From Nymphaea colorata (lineage: Eukaryota), in contig NC_045138.2 in assembly GCF_008831285.2 (NCBI RefSeq), positions 39,060,001 through 39,124,000 on the forward strand: 64,000 bases of DNA. Direction: 5' to 3'. The notes under the pieces were generated by a model. That model saw only the letters and a list, made by a program, of their open reading frames with translations, was not told where the DNA came from and searched no databases. Below, piece by piece: positions 12,824 to 29,600 of the stretch (position 1 is the stretch's first letter; every line of letters starts with the position of its first letter). The translations under genes and the position numbers were made by a program.

Positions 12824-14585
12824 CTACATGAGATGACCGATATCGAATGCCCAAAAGCCAAAGACCGTCCTATCAACAAACTTACATCTGTGTTTAACTA
12901 ATATATGTATACAATTTCAGCAAGGTGTTGCGGCAACAATGCAGCGGCCGATACGCATTATACAATACAATTTCATATTTAATTTAAAATAATGTTTTAA
13001 TCGTTTAATTAAGATTATAATAATATACTTTTTCGCGTAAATTCATCTTCAAATGAAACTGATGACAAGCTATTGAAAAACTGCACCCAAGTACAAGAGC
13101 CCCAACCCAGCATGTATTCATGCAAGTTTTTTAATGGACCCACTCCGGGGCGCAAAGGGCTCGGCAGCTTCTTTCCTTAGATTTTTAGTAAATAAAAATT
13201 TTATTTCGTGAATGTTAAAAGTTTTAGTTTGACTTATATAAAAAATTTTAAAAATTATATTTCGGTTATGTAAAATTTTGAAATTATAATTCAGCCCCTA
13301 CAATAAAAAATTCCTAAATCTGTCTCTAGATTTACCTCCGCTCGATGTGCATGCAAAGAGGCTATAGCTGCCAATTAATTGACATTTTATATAACTTGTA
13401 TCAACCGAATATATACGCGTACATATTTAGTTAGGCTATCTTTTAAGGATAGAACATCTTTTTGACAGGCACGATATTCAAGGTTATTAGGTTTGATATG
13501 TGAACAGAGTAAATGTGAAGATTTGTGAATTCAATATCAATTACCCAATTAACTTATGCACAATGCATCTTGTTTAAAGTTACTTTTTTTAAAATGTGGC
13601 TGAAAACTTATAGTGTGACTTTGGAAAAATCATTTTATATACGACACTGATAAGTATTTTCTAATTTATTATACTACTCATAAATTAGTTTATGTAATCT
13701 TTATATTTACTTTGATTACATATTTCATGAACTTTCTATATATACACATATATATGCATCGGGCTGTGTGTGTGAGAAGTTGGAACATTCGGATGGCCTG
13801 CAAATTTTAGCTCATATATGTACGTATTTAGTAAAGAAAGAAAAAATAGTAAGAAAGTATTTTTCTAGTGACATAACACATGTGATTTGAGTAGAAATGA
13901 AGACTATTCATATTAATTTACAAGCGGTCTGATTAAGCTAACTGATGATTCATAAGGTATTACATGTGAAATTATGATTACTCAAATTGATCATATGGTC
14001 TGTGCAGTTTTGGTATTTAGTTTGTCTATACATTTTAAATTTTAGTCATTATTAATAATATATATACATATAGTGATGACTGTGTCTATTCAAAGCCATC
14101 CAACTATCTAACCTCAACCGTCTATTAAAAATAAATAAATGGTTGAAAGAAAAACAAGAGAAAAAAAATGTAAAATAATACAAAATAATGAAAGTACCCA
14201 TCATTGTTTTCTCCTTGTTTTCATCTTAATCATTAATTAGATGGTTAGATGATTCTTAAAAACTACTGCTCAATTATCTCTTTCTTTATATATATATATA
14301 ATATAATATTTTTCAATGCGCAACCAACATTTGCATGATTGAGCAATTATGTGGTAGAAATGCGCCTGCCAGCCAATTAAGATGGGCTCTCGAAGATCTC
14401 CTCCTCCCTCTTATTGGTTTCTGACAGTGTGCACATGCTTTCAACTTAATTTGTATTTTTTTTTATTTTTAATTTGAGATTTACAATAATTCTAGCACTG
14501 GTTCGACTTTGGAGCTCTTATTTGCATTATGGTTTTATAGCGAACTGTGCAAACAGTCAATTTGGTCCTAAAACAACTACATACA

Positions 14586-14779
14586 CTGGGCCGGAGCTAG
14601 GAGTTTTTTTAAGGTCGGGCCAAACAGTCCAACCTCGGATTCAGGTAGGGTCAAAATGAACATAAATCTCAAAAATACATTACACAACTAAAATTTTTTA
14701 ACTTTTTCAATGTTTTTTTTTTTCACTTAGTTGGAGTGGGGCCATGACCTAGGTGGCCCACCCCCTCCCTCCGCCCCTG
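14586..14779. mobile_element. hAT-type MITE with 8-bp TSD
   Basis: Ends CTGGGCCGGAG / CTCCGCCCCTG, flanked by perfect TACATACA at 14578-14585 and 14780-14787. Confidence 0.85.
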
Positions 14780-16518
14780 TACATACATTACAAATCCAGT
14801 CTGAAATTGAGCGATTTGGTCATTATATGATAACAAATAAGAGGCTCGAGATTGTAGCTAGTGAATCTTCAACATGCATCATTTGGAACTTTGGAACAGA
14901 AAAAATTGCCAAATTGCATCGTCTTGAATTTTCCTATGATGTGATCAACTAAACTTTATCAATTATTCTTGAAAGCTTTTGTTTATGGCAACTCAATCAT
15001 GACGGTTTGGTGCAACAACACCTTATAATAACAATATAAGTTGGCAGATGCATAACTATTTATTGATTGGTCACTAGAGAGATAATATAAAGTTTGGAAA
15101 ACTATGGAGATATTTTAAACAAAAAATGGCTGATTAGATGTTAGCTATTTTAAACAAGAATAAAATTTTTTAAAACGGCTAATTGCGATTAAATTCATGC
15201 ATTTTCCAAGTGCCATGTATGAGACGCTTTTGTATATGTTGATGAGAAATCAACCAGAAATTTTATGCTCGGGCATCGTAACTGTTTGACCTTTAGAAAG
15301 CTAGGCTTGCACAAATGTTTAATTATAAAGTGATGATTAAATTTCGGGTACGTACATTCTTACTTAGCTAATGTAGGGTGAAGAACAGATGCTTGATTTC
15401 CAAGACCATATTTGGACTTTAATCATATTGTTTCCAATTTTCTTTTCCTTGGCATCTGGCTTGAACCAACTCTACATTTCTCAATTCTCTATCATTTTCT
15501 TTCACAAAATTTGTATTATATAGACTTATCTTGTAAATTGAAAGGGCTAACTACATCTCAAACTTTAGCTATTTGACCAATCTTAAATAGGTCCACTTTC
15601 TGAGCTATGTTCTCCAGTTTATTTTCTTTATTGTGGTTAGGCAGAAGACAGCTAACATAAAAATAAAATGGGTGCTAGTAACAATACAGCTACATAACCA
15701 CATTAGAAACCTGGTTTTAGCATCAACCCTTAGTTCAATAAAGGAAAATTGTTTTGATGCCAAGAGCAAGTCCGTAATATGGTCTTAGGCTCTGAGGGCA
15801 TAACGTAGCTGGTTGCGCTAGTGGATCGAAGAAAGTTCGATGGACGCTATTTTTCTCAATTACTGCAAATGGTAACAAACATTACTCTCAAGTTGAATGG
15901 AGTGAACGTTAAGACTATGAATGGGAAAAGGGGCTTCGGCTTCTTGGACGCATTCTTCTTGTATTTGGAGGTTCAAACTAATTGGGCAAATGGTTGGTGC
16001 TTATATATTCTCTCACCAACCACGCTTCCTAATCTTGCTACCAAGGAAAAAAGAAGAAGAAAATTTAGAGACGAACCTAACAAAGAAGGAAGAAAGAGTT
16101 GACATAATATTGCTTTAACAATTGCACATGGCCAAAGACCACAATTGGGCCTCAGCTACCCATACAATAAATCAGTCAGAAAAATCATGAGTCAGAGTTG
16201 AAGATTCCTTCACCTATAATGTGCAAGAAAAGGTGGGTCCGAACAGCTCCATGCTGCTGTCACAAAGACTGTGAAAGCCTTTCCCATGTGTATCATTTCC
16301 AGGGATTCAGCATGGGGGCATGAAATCATAACATTCTTGAAGAAGATATATTTTAACATGTTCTCTGCGTTCTTGCCAGTTAAGAGGAAAATCTATTGTC
16401 AAACGGATGTTTGAAAAAGTGAGGCCACCATCGAAATATGGGCAAATTTTGGCTATACGATATAGACGTGTTTCTGTCGGTACTTCTCTCGAAGAAAAGT
16501 TTTTGAAGGAAGTGCAAA

Positions 16519-16617
16519 TCCCCAAAGGTTGGTGGCGAGGATGATGAACGAACTGAAGGTCCAGCTTTCTTTGGCGGCTGAGGGAACTCATAACTCCCCA
16601 AAGGTTGGTGGCGAGGA
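16519..16617. repeat. Perfect 23-bp direct repeat x2 with a 53-bp spacer
   Basis: TCCCCAAAGGTTGGTGGCGAGGA at 16519-16541 and 16595-16617. Confidence 0.9.
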
Positions 16618-17689
16618 CCTCGAGCTCGAACCTGTGGAGATTGAAATCTAAGGACGCCAATCTGCAGCTTCTTTTCTTTATAAATATAACAATAAATCTT
16701 TCTCATGACCAGAAGACGAATGCACGAGTACTAACTTTTGGCGTGTCGATTTGAGCTCGTAGTTATTATAATAAAAGTGATCCAGAAGCAGGCACGTGTC
16801 CCCTTCATCTTGTCCTCCACAGCAAAAGATTTGGACGTAAGATCTTTACTCATTTTGACTAGAGATTCAAGGGGAAGGAGAAATTTTGAGCGCTGCCACC
16901 GACTGTTTGCGTGGTCTTTGTGAACGGGACGATTTGAATTTGATATGCGACATGGTAAACTGAGAGTGGCTGCACTTGTCCATTGTGCTTTTGAAATGCA
17001 AAAACAAAAGCTTTTATTCTTGGCGCTGTGTAACAGAAATCAATCTCCTTTTAAGAGAACAGCGTGAAGATGAAGCTCAGATTTGCCTTTTAATCAGTCG
17101 AAAAGTAAAGTCTAAGACATCAAAATCTCGAAAGTGAGGCCCTCAAAGCAGATGTTGTTGAAAGCGTGATTCTTTTTTCAATTTGAGAAATCGACTGACT
17201 ACATTGTGCGATGTTGGCAAGAAGACTCGTACCGTCTTCTTGAATTCTGTAATATTTTTATTGATGTTTTTATAACGCTTAACTCTTGAATTGAAAGACT
17301 TCACGCACCCAAACGTCTATTAAGAAAATGGCAGATTCTTGCTTTTGCGCTTCGATGGTAGGTTCCCTGTCACCTTCGATTTCGCTTTGCTGAACTCCTC
17401 GCTGGAGAATCAATGGAAAAGCTAAAAAGGAACAAAAAAAACAATGTTGGAATAAAGGGTTAAGGTGGATAATGGGTTGTTGATAGCGGCGTCGTTAGCA
17501 TCAATGCAACAGAGAGAAGTAACAAAAGGACGTGGACGGATTGTCGGTGAAACTTCAAGCAGTAACTTCCGCGGAATCAGGTTACTGTGCAGTGAAGGCT
17601 TTTGGACTCTCTCAGAGATGAGACGAGAACACGGTCTCTCTCATGGAACGTGCAGGAGTGTAATTTTTCCTCTCTCCCCCACCCAGAGG

Positions 17690-18215
17690 ACTGCACAGAG
17701 AGAGAGAGAGAGAGATCGCGCTGACTCCATGAGTCCTGTTCTCACCCACCACCAACCCTCCCCTCTTCCCACCAGCCGCAGCGGGCCCCGGCGGCAACGC
17801 AAAAGGACGAGAAGACGCCAATCAGAGGATAGGTGGGATGGGGGGGAGGGTGAAACTCAACAGAGACAGAGACGCTTGGTGACGTTTCCGTCCGTCGGTC
17901 GGTCAGTCAGCTAGTGAGCGAGCAGAGAGAGAGAGAGAGGAGGAGGAGGAGGAGGAGAAGAAGAAGAGAGGGGCTAAAACTGTCAATTCAGATGAAATTT
18001 ATGGAAGGTCGTCGTTCAAAAGGCGTTGGCTCTCCTTCTCTCTCCCCTGAACTCTCCCCTCTCTATTTATGCCGGACGAAGGGCGGGAGAGGTTGTCAAA
18101 CTGCGAGCGAGCAACGAAGCGGGAGAGCAAGCATAGATAGCAAAGGAAGATAGAGAGAGGCAAAGCCTCAAAGGAGAAAGAAGGAGAAGCAAAGAAACCC
18201 TCTGGTCCTCCTCCA
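17690..18215 (+). promoter_or_regulatory. Probable promoter and non-coding first exon of the SPMS-like gene
   Basis: GA-repeat tracts, TATTTAT at 18064, a purine-rich leader ending at donor GTAAGC (18216), then a CT/T-rich intron; acceptor CAG at 20483 just upstream of the ATG. Confidence 0.55.
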
Positions 18216-20515
18216 GTAAGCTTTCTCAAATCTGGACTGCTGACTGACTCTCTCTGTCTCTCTATCTGTGTAGTTTTCTCCCGCCTATTCTCTCTTGGTG
18301 TCATGCGTCGTGGTTGGTTTTCCTACTTTACTAGTGTTGTCGACCGATCGTTCTCTCTGTCCCATTTCTTCTTTTTCCTTTTTTTTTGTATTCGTAAAAT
18401 TGTTGCTTGCAGCACCCCTGTTCTGCTTCTCCAAGTAAAAGGAAATTCAAGAGCCTCTTTCTCTCTCTTACTCTCTGTCTGTCTCTCTCTCTCCAAGTTC
18501 ACCGGTTTTTCTACATCGGTTTGCTTATTTTTTCTTTCTTCTGTCTCTCATTGTGTTTCTGCCTACTTCTTTGTTATCAGGTTATTGAATGATTCGGAGT
18601 TTCTAGCGGCCACTTTCAGGTGAACTTTGTTGAGTTCACGTGTAGTCTTTCCCACCCACCCCCCACCCCCGCCCTCTCTTTTGTCTTCTTTTTTTGCAAC
18701 GTATGGCCGAGGTTTAACTCGTAACATGGTATCGATGAATTTCTTGTTTTCGAATTCAAGTGCTGTTTGTTCGTCTGGTTCTTTTGTTTGGTTCAATTGA
18801 CATGAAACTGTTTTATGTTTTTTCTTTCTTGAATTTAATGAACTTTATTGCTGGATTTTTCTTTGAGCTTTTTTTCCCTTTTACGTTCTTCCTTCTTTCT
18901 TTTCTTAAGGTTGAAGAGTTTATTCGTCCAAGATCTTCCTTCTTTATGAGATCCAGGATTTTATGGAGTGTTGGGAAGTGACGTGAGCTCGTATGAACAT
19001 TGCTGCGTGTTTAGCTTTGCTTCGTGAGCGTTACGAATTTCTCCTGTTATATCCCATCCGTTCCTATCCATTTAGATGATTTGCAAATTTAGCATGAATA
19101 CGCTTATTGGTTCCCTTTCCCCTCCCTTTTCCGTTTTGTATGTTAAACCACATAATTTTTTTCAAGTATATGAATCAAAGTATTACTCAACGGGAAAAAA
19201 GAAGAAAAAATAGGATGTCGAGGAGAAGCTAAGAAAACACGCAAACTTAAGGAGCAAGACCCAAAAAAAAGTTCAGAAACGCCTTTTCAAATCCCAGCTG
19301 CCAAGAAATGGAAGTCGCTGATGGTATTATGTCAGCACATTCAAACGTCACAACCTTTTTCTGTTGTTTGTTTTGACTGTGAACTCGAACTTTTTATCAG
19401 CAAGGTTAATATGAATTTGACAATGTGCGTCTTTTGGTTTTTCAAAGTAAATCACCAAAAGGGGAAATCATGCATCATCACAAAGAACTTGAGAATACCA
19501 TATCTATCTAGTGGATTAGTTGTCTGAAGACTGAAGGCATAAGCTACTTATCGTGAAAAATGTTCTATATTGAATTTAACAATGTGAGGTGAAGAAAACT
19601 GTGGAAGGGCACTTACTGTTAAGCTAACCATCATGTCGTAGTATGCTTAATTCTGCCATGGATACTTATGCTAGTAGTCTAATGGGAAAATTGCACTTGG
19701 ATAGATCCGCAAATTAAGCTCAAGGCTAGTAAATAAGTTTAAAAAGGAGAAGAAGAATTGACTTTTCCCTGTGGATATATGTTAAACAGTTCTGAGATGG
19801 ACGATATATGTACACAATGGTGGTCATCCTTAGACTGACTTCTTTGATTAAGGCTTGTTAATAGAAGTGTCATGTTGCTTGCATGCAATCTGCACAAAGT
19901 ACGTGATTAAGGTAGCTCTCAATTATGCCCAACCAACCTGGATAATTCTAATTTACTCCTCAAAGTAAAACATTTCTAGCATCCCTTTCCTCCCATTATT
20001 ATCATTTTTCAAGTATAATGTGCTTCTCTTCCAGTAAGGCAGGTACCAGTTGGAGTTGCGGTCAATAGTTTCTAATTAAGTTCTACGCCCTGTACATTTA
20101 GTTTCAATTGTGAACAAAAGGCTGCTGCCTGGCAGTTTCTGCTTTAGAAACTTTTTGGACAAAAAGTTGGTGGACAAGCGTACTTCTGTGTTGCAGCACA
20201 AACAGAATGCAACATTCTCATTTAACAAATGCCTCAAATAAAATGTGAATTTTGCAATTATAATCAACATTTTAGGAACACTTAATTTTGTTTAGGTTGC
20301 TTAATTTGACATTGTTTTCCCTGTAAAAATTGAAGAGTAAAATCTTTTCTACTTTCATGAGTTCATCATTGTAATGGCAATTTGTAGTGTATGCTAGCCA
20401 TTAATTTGATTTGCCAATGTTCTATCTTGTGGACTTTTAATGATGAATAACTTAATTTGGATGGTGTTTTTTTAACCAAACAGGCTTATCTGGCTACAAA
20501 GGGAAGCAATACATA

Positions 20516-24798
<4,283 letters not shown>

Positions 24799-27017
24799 GG
24801 CCATCTCGAGCAAGGATAAGGAGTTGAGAATTTCTCTTTGAAGTATAGTAAATCGTTCTGAACAATAATTCGTTGGCCCAATTAAATGATAGAAGAGTTC
24901 GGCATTTGGAACTGAGTTACAAAGTGTGTGAATTTTATAATGCGATGTTCCTCATCAGGAAGTTATTGTTGCTATTGTCATCACTATTGTTTATCAATGT
25001 CATTCTGATTATAGTTACGGTTGGTGTTGGCTGGCAGACCCTTCTGAGATGCTAACTTGTCTATGCTTACTGTCTTGTAGTCATCGGGTGCATTATGATC
25101 TTCTCTGTGTGTCTTGAATTTCTAAACGTGGTTTCTGCAACTGCTTCACAGTTGCTGCCTGCACAAACACACGAGAGAAAGAGAGAGATCTGCAACTAGT
25201 TTACGTTTCAAAACCGGTTGATATATGTGAAGCTTAAAACACGCAGCAAAGATGATTGACGCCCGTCCCACCTTTCATGGATGAATTTGCACAAGTCCCT
25301 CGGTTCAAAGCTCGTACCATTCTGCAAACCAGGCTTAACTGACCATCAATGCTGGAGTATGCACCCATCTTCAACCCTCGGTGGAACTGACGAGCATTAG
25401 ACATTAATCCATAGGCCATACCTACACGGCAGCACGCAAATTACACTCATACTTATGTGTTAAGCAAAAATGGTGGCGTCCGGTGACAATGCAACAAGTC
25501 TTTACAGGGGAGATGCAACTGTGCAATAAAAGAAAACTGTTATCACAGGTTATCATTGTCATCCGACAGATATGGCACAATCACTTGAACATTCAGGCAG
25601 TTTGTATTCTTGTGAAGTTCGAGGCATTTCGTCGAGCCCAAATTAAAGCTTGACGGCATCATAAAAATGCTCAGACAGAAGTAATCTAGATTGGAGCCTA
25701 TATTATATTTAGGAAGAGTAAAGAACCAAAAGATGATTCCAGAAAACTTGGTCTATACTTGGTCTAAAACAATAATTTGACTCTAAACGGTTGGCATATA
25801 AAGCATCACATGTTGACCCTCTTGAACTCCAGTGACATCGAGTACGAGGACTGGCTTTCGAAAAAAACAAATAATGTATATACATCAAAGTATTCAAGAT
25901 GAGTGCAACTATCCTCGTTTCTTGAGAAACTTGAACCCGATGAACAATTTTGAGGGCACTGGGGACTTAATCTATAAAGCAAAAGGGAATGACCATAAAT
26001 ACTATGAAAAGACAAATTTACTGTACATTTCCTGGCAGAGTTATTATAGGCAAACTCAGTCTTTAGTAAAGCACAGACCCAAATTTTGATTTTATTATCG
26101 GGTAACATTTTTAATAAAATATTGAAAATGGCAGTGGTAATATGATTCTAACCACCAGTTTAACAATGTGGATCACTACTAATCGGAGCTTATTTTTCAT
26201 AAAGTCTCCCTCAAAACTGACAGGAAAAAAGGATGGACCGGAAGAAGGCCATGGTAACAAGTTATATCGTTGAAATATATGAATGGAACTAAACAAGCAT
26301 GTTACTGTTACATTGGATAAATAAAATTCTAATGGAAAAATATAATTACTAGGCAAGTGTAAAACGAGTAAATTGTTGACTTAAAAAATTCAATCATACA
26401 GGAACAGTGGAACTGCACTACGCTGCAAAGTTTGCAAATCTGCACATAACACCAGGTTCAAGATATTATACTGCACAGCTAGTGCCTGTACAATTTTGCC
26501 TTATTAACTAGATACATATGATAACATCATCCCCTTCGTCTAGATGCTTGTGCTTGTGCTAGCACAATGTTACAAATCTGGATTCGTTTCGCAGACTTGG
26601 ATGGAGGATAAAAAGTTAGCTTGTATTTTACATGCTTACATGTGCTCCGAATGTTCAAAGACTAATGTGAAAGATCTTTGCTTGCTGATGCAAACATACT
26701 TCTTTGTTCTCATTGGAAAACATCTTGCGCAAAGTCAACCCAAAACTAGAATGTTCATCGATAAGCTTGGTTATCTTTGTAAATATCTATGCTTCACCAC
26801 ATGGAAAGTGGCCGCTAACATTAATCATCTTTATACACGATAGTACAGCCAAGTTGCTCGGAGAAATATTCTCTCATCACGTTGCCAAATTCTAGCATTA
26901 ATTACTTGTCTTTTTTCTTCCTTCTGCAGAATTCAGCATCAACTATCAAAGTAGAAGTGTGTAGATTGGCCATGCCCCTTAAGTAAAAATCCGGTTGCAG
27001 TGGTCTCTGCTCACTAA

Positions 27018-29600
27018 TCACCAATATCCTCTACATGAACAGCCCCCATCCTTAATATGATGAAAACGGTTGGTATCTCTAACAATGATCTCTCGACCTG
27101 TAGTCATTGATATGAATTTTAATGCAGTATGGCAGTCGCCACATACGCGTAGATTCTTGAATATCCGAATAGGCCTTCCTGGAACTGTATTTAGGACACA
27201 AAAAGCAACGGCTATCTTCTCGCTGTGTTGAAGCAAGTACTGCTCCTTCAGTTCCTCTTCCACATCATGAAGAACAAAGTTTGTATCAGGTATATAACCC
27301 AGTTCTTTAATTTCTGAAACTAGTTGACCCAGCTTGTTATATATCTCTTTTGATTGTGGATGAGAAGTGTCGCCAACATAGAACCTATGCACTTGGTTGT
27401 GTATCTCCACCCAACTGCATCCAGCTTCTTTCCTCAGTTTTCTCACCTTCATTCGTTTCCTGATACGGGACACGGAATCCCATAAACCACATGCAGCATA
27501 CAAGTTTGAGAGTAAGACGTATGCTGCTGAATCGTCTGGTTCTAATTCTACAATTCGTTTTGCTGCAGTTTTTCCTATTTCCATATTCCCATGAGTTCTA
27601 CAAGCACTAAGAAGTGCTCGCCACACCAAAGCATTAGCTTCAAAAGGCATTGAGTTAATGAAGCTAAGGGCCTTTTCAAGACAACCAGAACGACCGAGAA
27701 GGTCAACCAAGCAAGCATAGTGCTCCATTCTTGGGCTAATTCCATGAGAAGAAGACATTGAGTTGAAGTATTCCCATCCTTCATCAACCAGTCCTGCATG
27801 GCCACATGCAGAAAGAACACCTATAAATGTCACTTCATTTGGTCTGATTCCTGATTCTATCATTTGGTCGAATATTTCAAGTGTCTCTATTGCATATCCA
27901 TGCTTAGCAAGACCCATGATGATTGACGTCCATGAAATTAAGTTTCTAACAGCCATTCTGCTGAACACCTTGAATGCATCCTCAACATTGCCGCACCTTG
28001 AGTACATTGAAATTAGAGAATTCCCAACGCATGGATCAGAACTCAACCCAGATTTTGAGAGCTGACAATGAAGTTGTTGACCAATTGTCATTGCGCCAAG
28101 GCTTGCTGCTGCACTCAGCAGACTAGAGAATGTGAAGTTACTTGGCCGAATCCCAATATTGTCGATTTCTTGGGCAAGCATGAAAGCTTCATCTGTTCTT
28201 TGACTCTTAACATAACCATCCACCATTACATTATATGAAATCAAGTTCTTTTGGAACATAGAATTAAATGCTTTTTGTGCCTCATCCATCTTTCCGCTTC
28301 GAGCATACAAGCTCACCAAAGCATTACCGACAGCATCACATGGTGCAAGGCCAGACTTGACAACATGAGCGTATATCTGTTCACCTGTTTCCAAATCAGA
28401 ACTATTTGCACAGGCCTTCAGGACACTAGAATATGTATATTCATTCGGTTGAACATAGCCATGTTTCATCCTGCAAAAGAGCTTAAGTGCTTCCACATCC
28501 TCGCCTGCACTTTGAACATATCCTGAGATAACTGCGGTCCATGACATGACGTTATGCTTCGTCAATCTATCAAAGACCTTCCTTGAGTCCTCCATTGATC
28601 CATTCTCTGAACACTTTGCATACATGTCAATCAAACTGCACCCAACACAAACATCCGTTACCAAACCAGCTTTAATGATCCGTGAATGGACTTGCTGGCC
28701 AAGTTTCAAGGATTCCAGCTCTGTGCAGGCTGAAACAACACTTGTAAAACAAAACTGATCTGGTTCAAATCCATCCAATTCCATGTCCAAGAACAAGCCA
28801 ATCGCCTCTTCTGCAGAGCCAGATTGAACGCAACGAGTGATCATTAAAGTCCACGCAACACCATTTCTTTCAGGCATATCATCAAATATTAGGAGTGCAC
28901 TGTCCTTATCATTACCTCCTTTAACAAACATATCAATCAGGCCACAGCCAACGCATAAATTGTATTTGAACCCAGTCTTTATTGTTAAACCAAAAACCAC
29001 CAATCCAAAAGCAAAATTTTCACCATCATAACATGCTCTAATGACACTAGCATAGCAGAACTCGTTGGGGAAGAAGCCAACCACCACCATATTCTTAAAT
29101 TTGGCGATTGCTCTACGATACTGACCATTTTGAGCAAAACAAGATATTATTGCACCCCATGACACCAAATTTTTGGTACTCATGTGCTCAAAAATCTCGT
29201 GGCCCATCTCCCAATCCCCAAATTTTGAATAGAAGCTGATCAGAGAGTTTGATAAGACGCTATCCCACTCGATATTGGACTGGAGAAGGTGGGCATGAAG
29301 AAGTCTGCCTCGTCTGAAGTCTCTGAGACGAATGCATGACTTCAGTAGCACTGAGTAGATGACCAAGTCGTGATGAGACATCGAGTGGAAGACATCGAAG
29401 GCCTCCTTTAATCGCCCTCTGCTGCTGAGTCTTATAATTTGGTGCTTCAGCGCTTCAAATTCAGACTTGCTGCTTGCTCCCTCGAAATGGCACAAATGCC
29501 TGAGATTTCTTCTCTCAAAGTCGGGCTTGGATTTTGTGGTAGATGCCGCAATGCGGCGATGACGAATTTCCAATGACGAAGGTAGAACCAACGAGCTCAT
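27018..29600 (-). CDS. EMB2261: PLS-DYW class PPR protein, probable plastid RNA-editing factor (At3g49170/EMB2261/ECD1-like), 860 aa, single exon
   Basis: PLS repeats, E domain (AGCSWVE), deaminase motifs HSEK and KNLRVCGDCH. Segments CVGCGLIDMFVKG, WTLMITRC and GSMEDSRKVFDRL..HNVMSWTA recall At3g49170. Orthology is from memory, not a search. Confidence 0.95.
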   Translation of the reverse strand: MSSLVLPSSLEIRHRRIAASTTKSKPDFERRNLRHLCHFEGASSKSEFEALKHQIIRLSSRGRLKEAFDVFHSMSHHDLVIYSVLLKSCIRLRDFRRGRLLHAHLLQSNIEWDSVLSNSLISFYSKFGDWEMGHEIFEHMSTKNLVSWGAIISCFAQNGQYRRAIAKFKNMVVVGFFPNEFCYASVIRACYDGENFAFGLVVFGLTIKTGFKYNLCVGCGLIDMFVKGGNDKDSALLIFDDMPERNGVAWTLMITRCVQSGSAEEAIGLFLDMELDGFEPDQFCFTSVVSACTELESLKLGQQVHSRIIKAGLVTDVCVGCSLIDMYAKCSENGSMEDSRKVFDRLTKHNVMSWTAVISGYVQSAGEDVEALKLFCRMKHGYVQPNEYTYSSVLKACANSSDLETGEQIYAHVVKSGLAPCDAVGNALVSLYARSGKMDEAQKAFNSMFQKNLISYNVMVDGYVKSQRTDEAFMLAQEIDNIGIRPSNFTFSSLLSAAASLGAMTIGQQLHCQLSKSGLSSDPCVGNSLISMYSRCGNVEDAFKVFSRMAVRNLISWTSIIMGLAKHGYAIETLEIFDQMIESGIRPNEVTFIGVLSACGHAGLVDEGWEYFNSMSSSHGISPRMEHYACLVDLLGRSGCLEKALSFINSMPFEANALVWRALLSACRTHGNMEIGKTAAKRIVELEPDDSAAYVLLSNLYAACGLWDSVSRIRKRMKVRKLRKEAGCSWVEIHNQVHRFYVGDTSHPQSKEIYNKLGQLVSEIKELGYIPDTNFVLHDVEEELKEQYLLQHSEKIAVAFCVLNTVPGRPIRIFKNLRVCGDCHTALKFISMTTGREIIVRDTNRFHHIKDGGCSCRGYW

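Noticed and set aside
16561..16600. GAGGGAACTC resembling the 3' end of miR395
   Set aside because: Only the 3' ~10 nt match; no seed match or long hairpin.
17465..18623. Multiple 70-150 aa ORFs
   Set aside because: Low-complexity GA/CT-rich promoter, leader and intron sequence of the SPMS-like gene.
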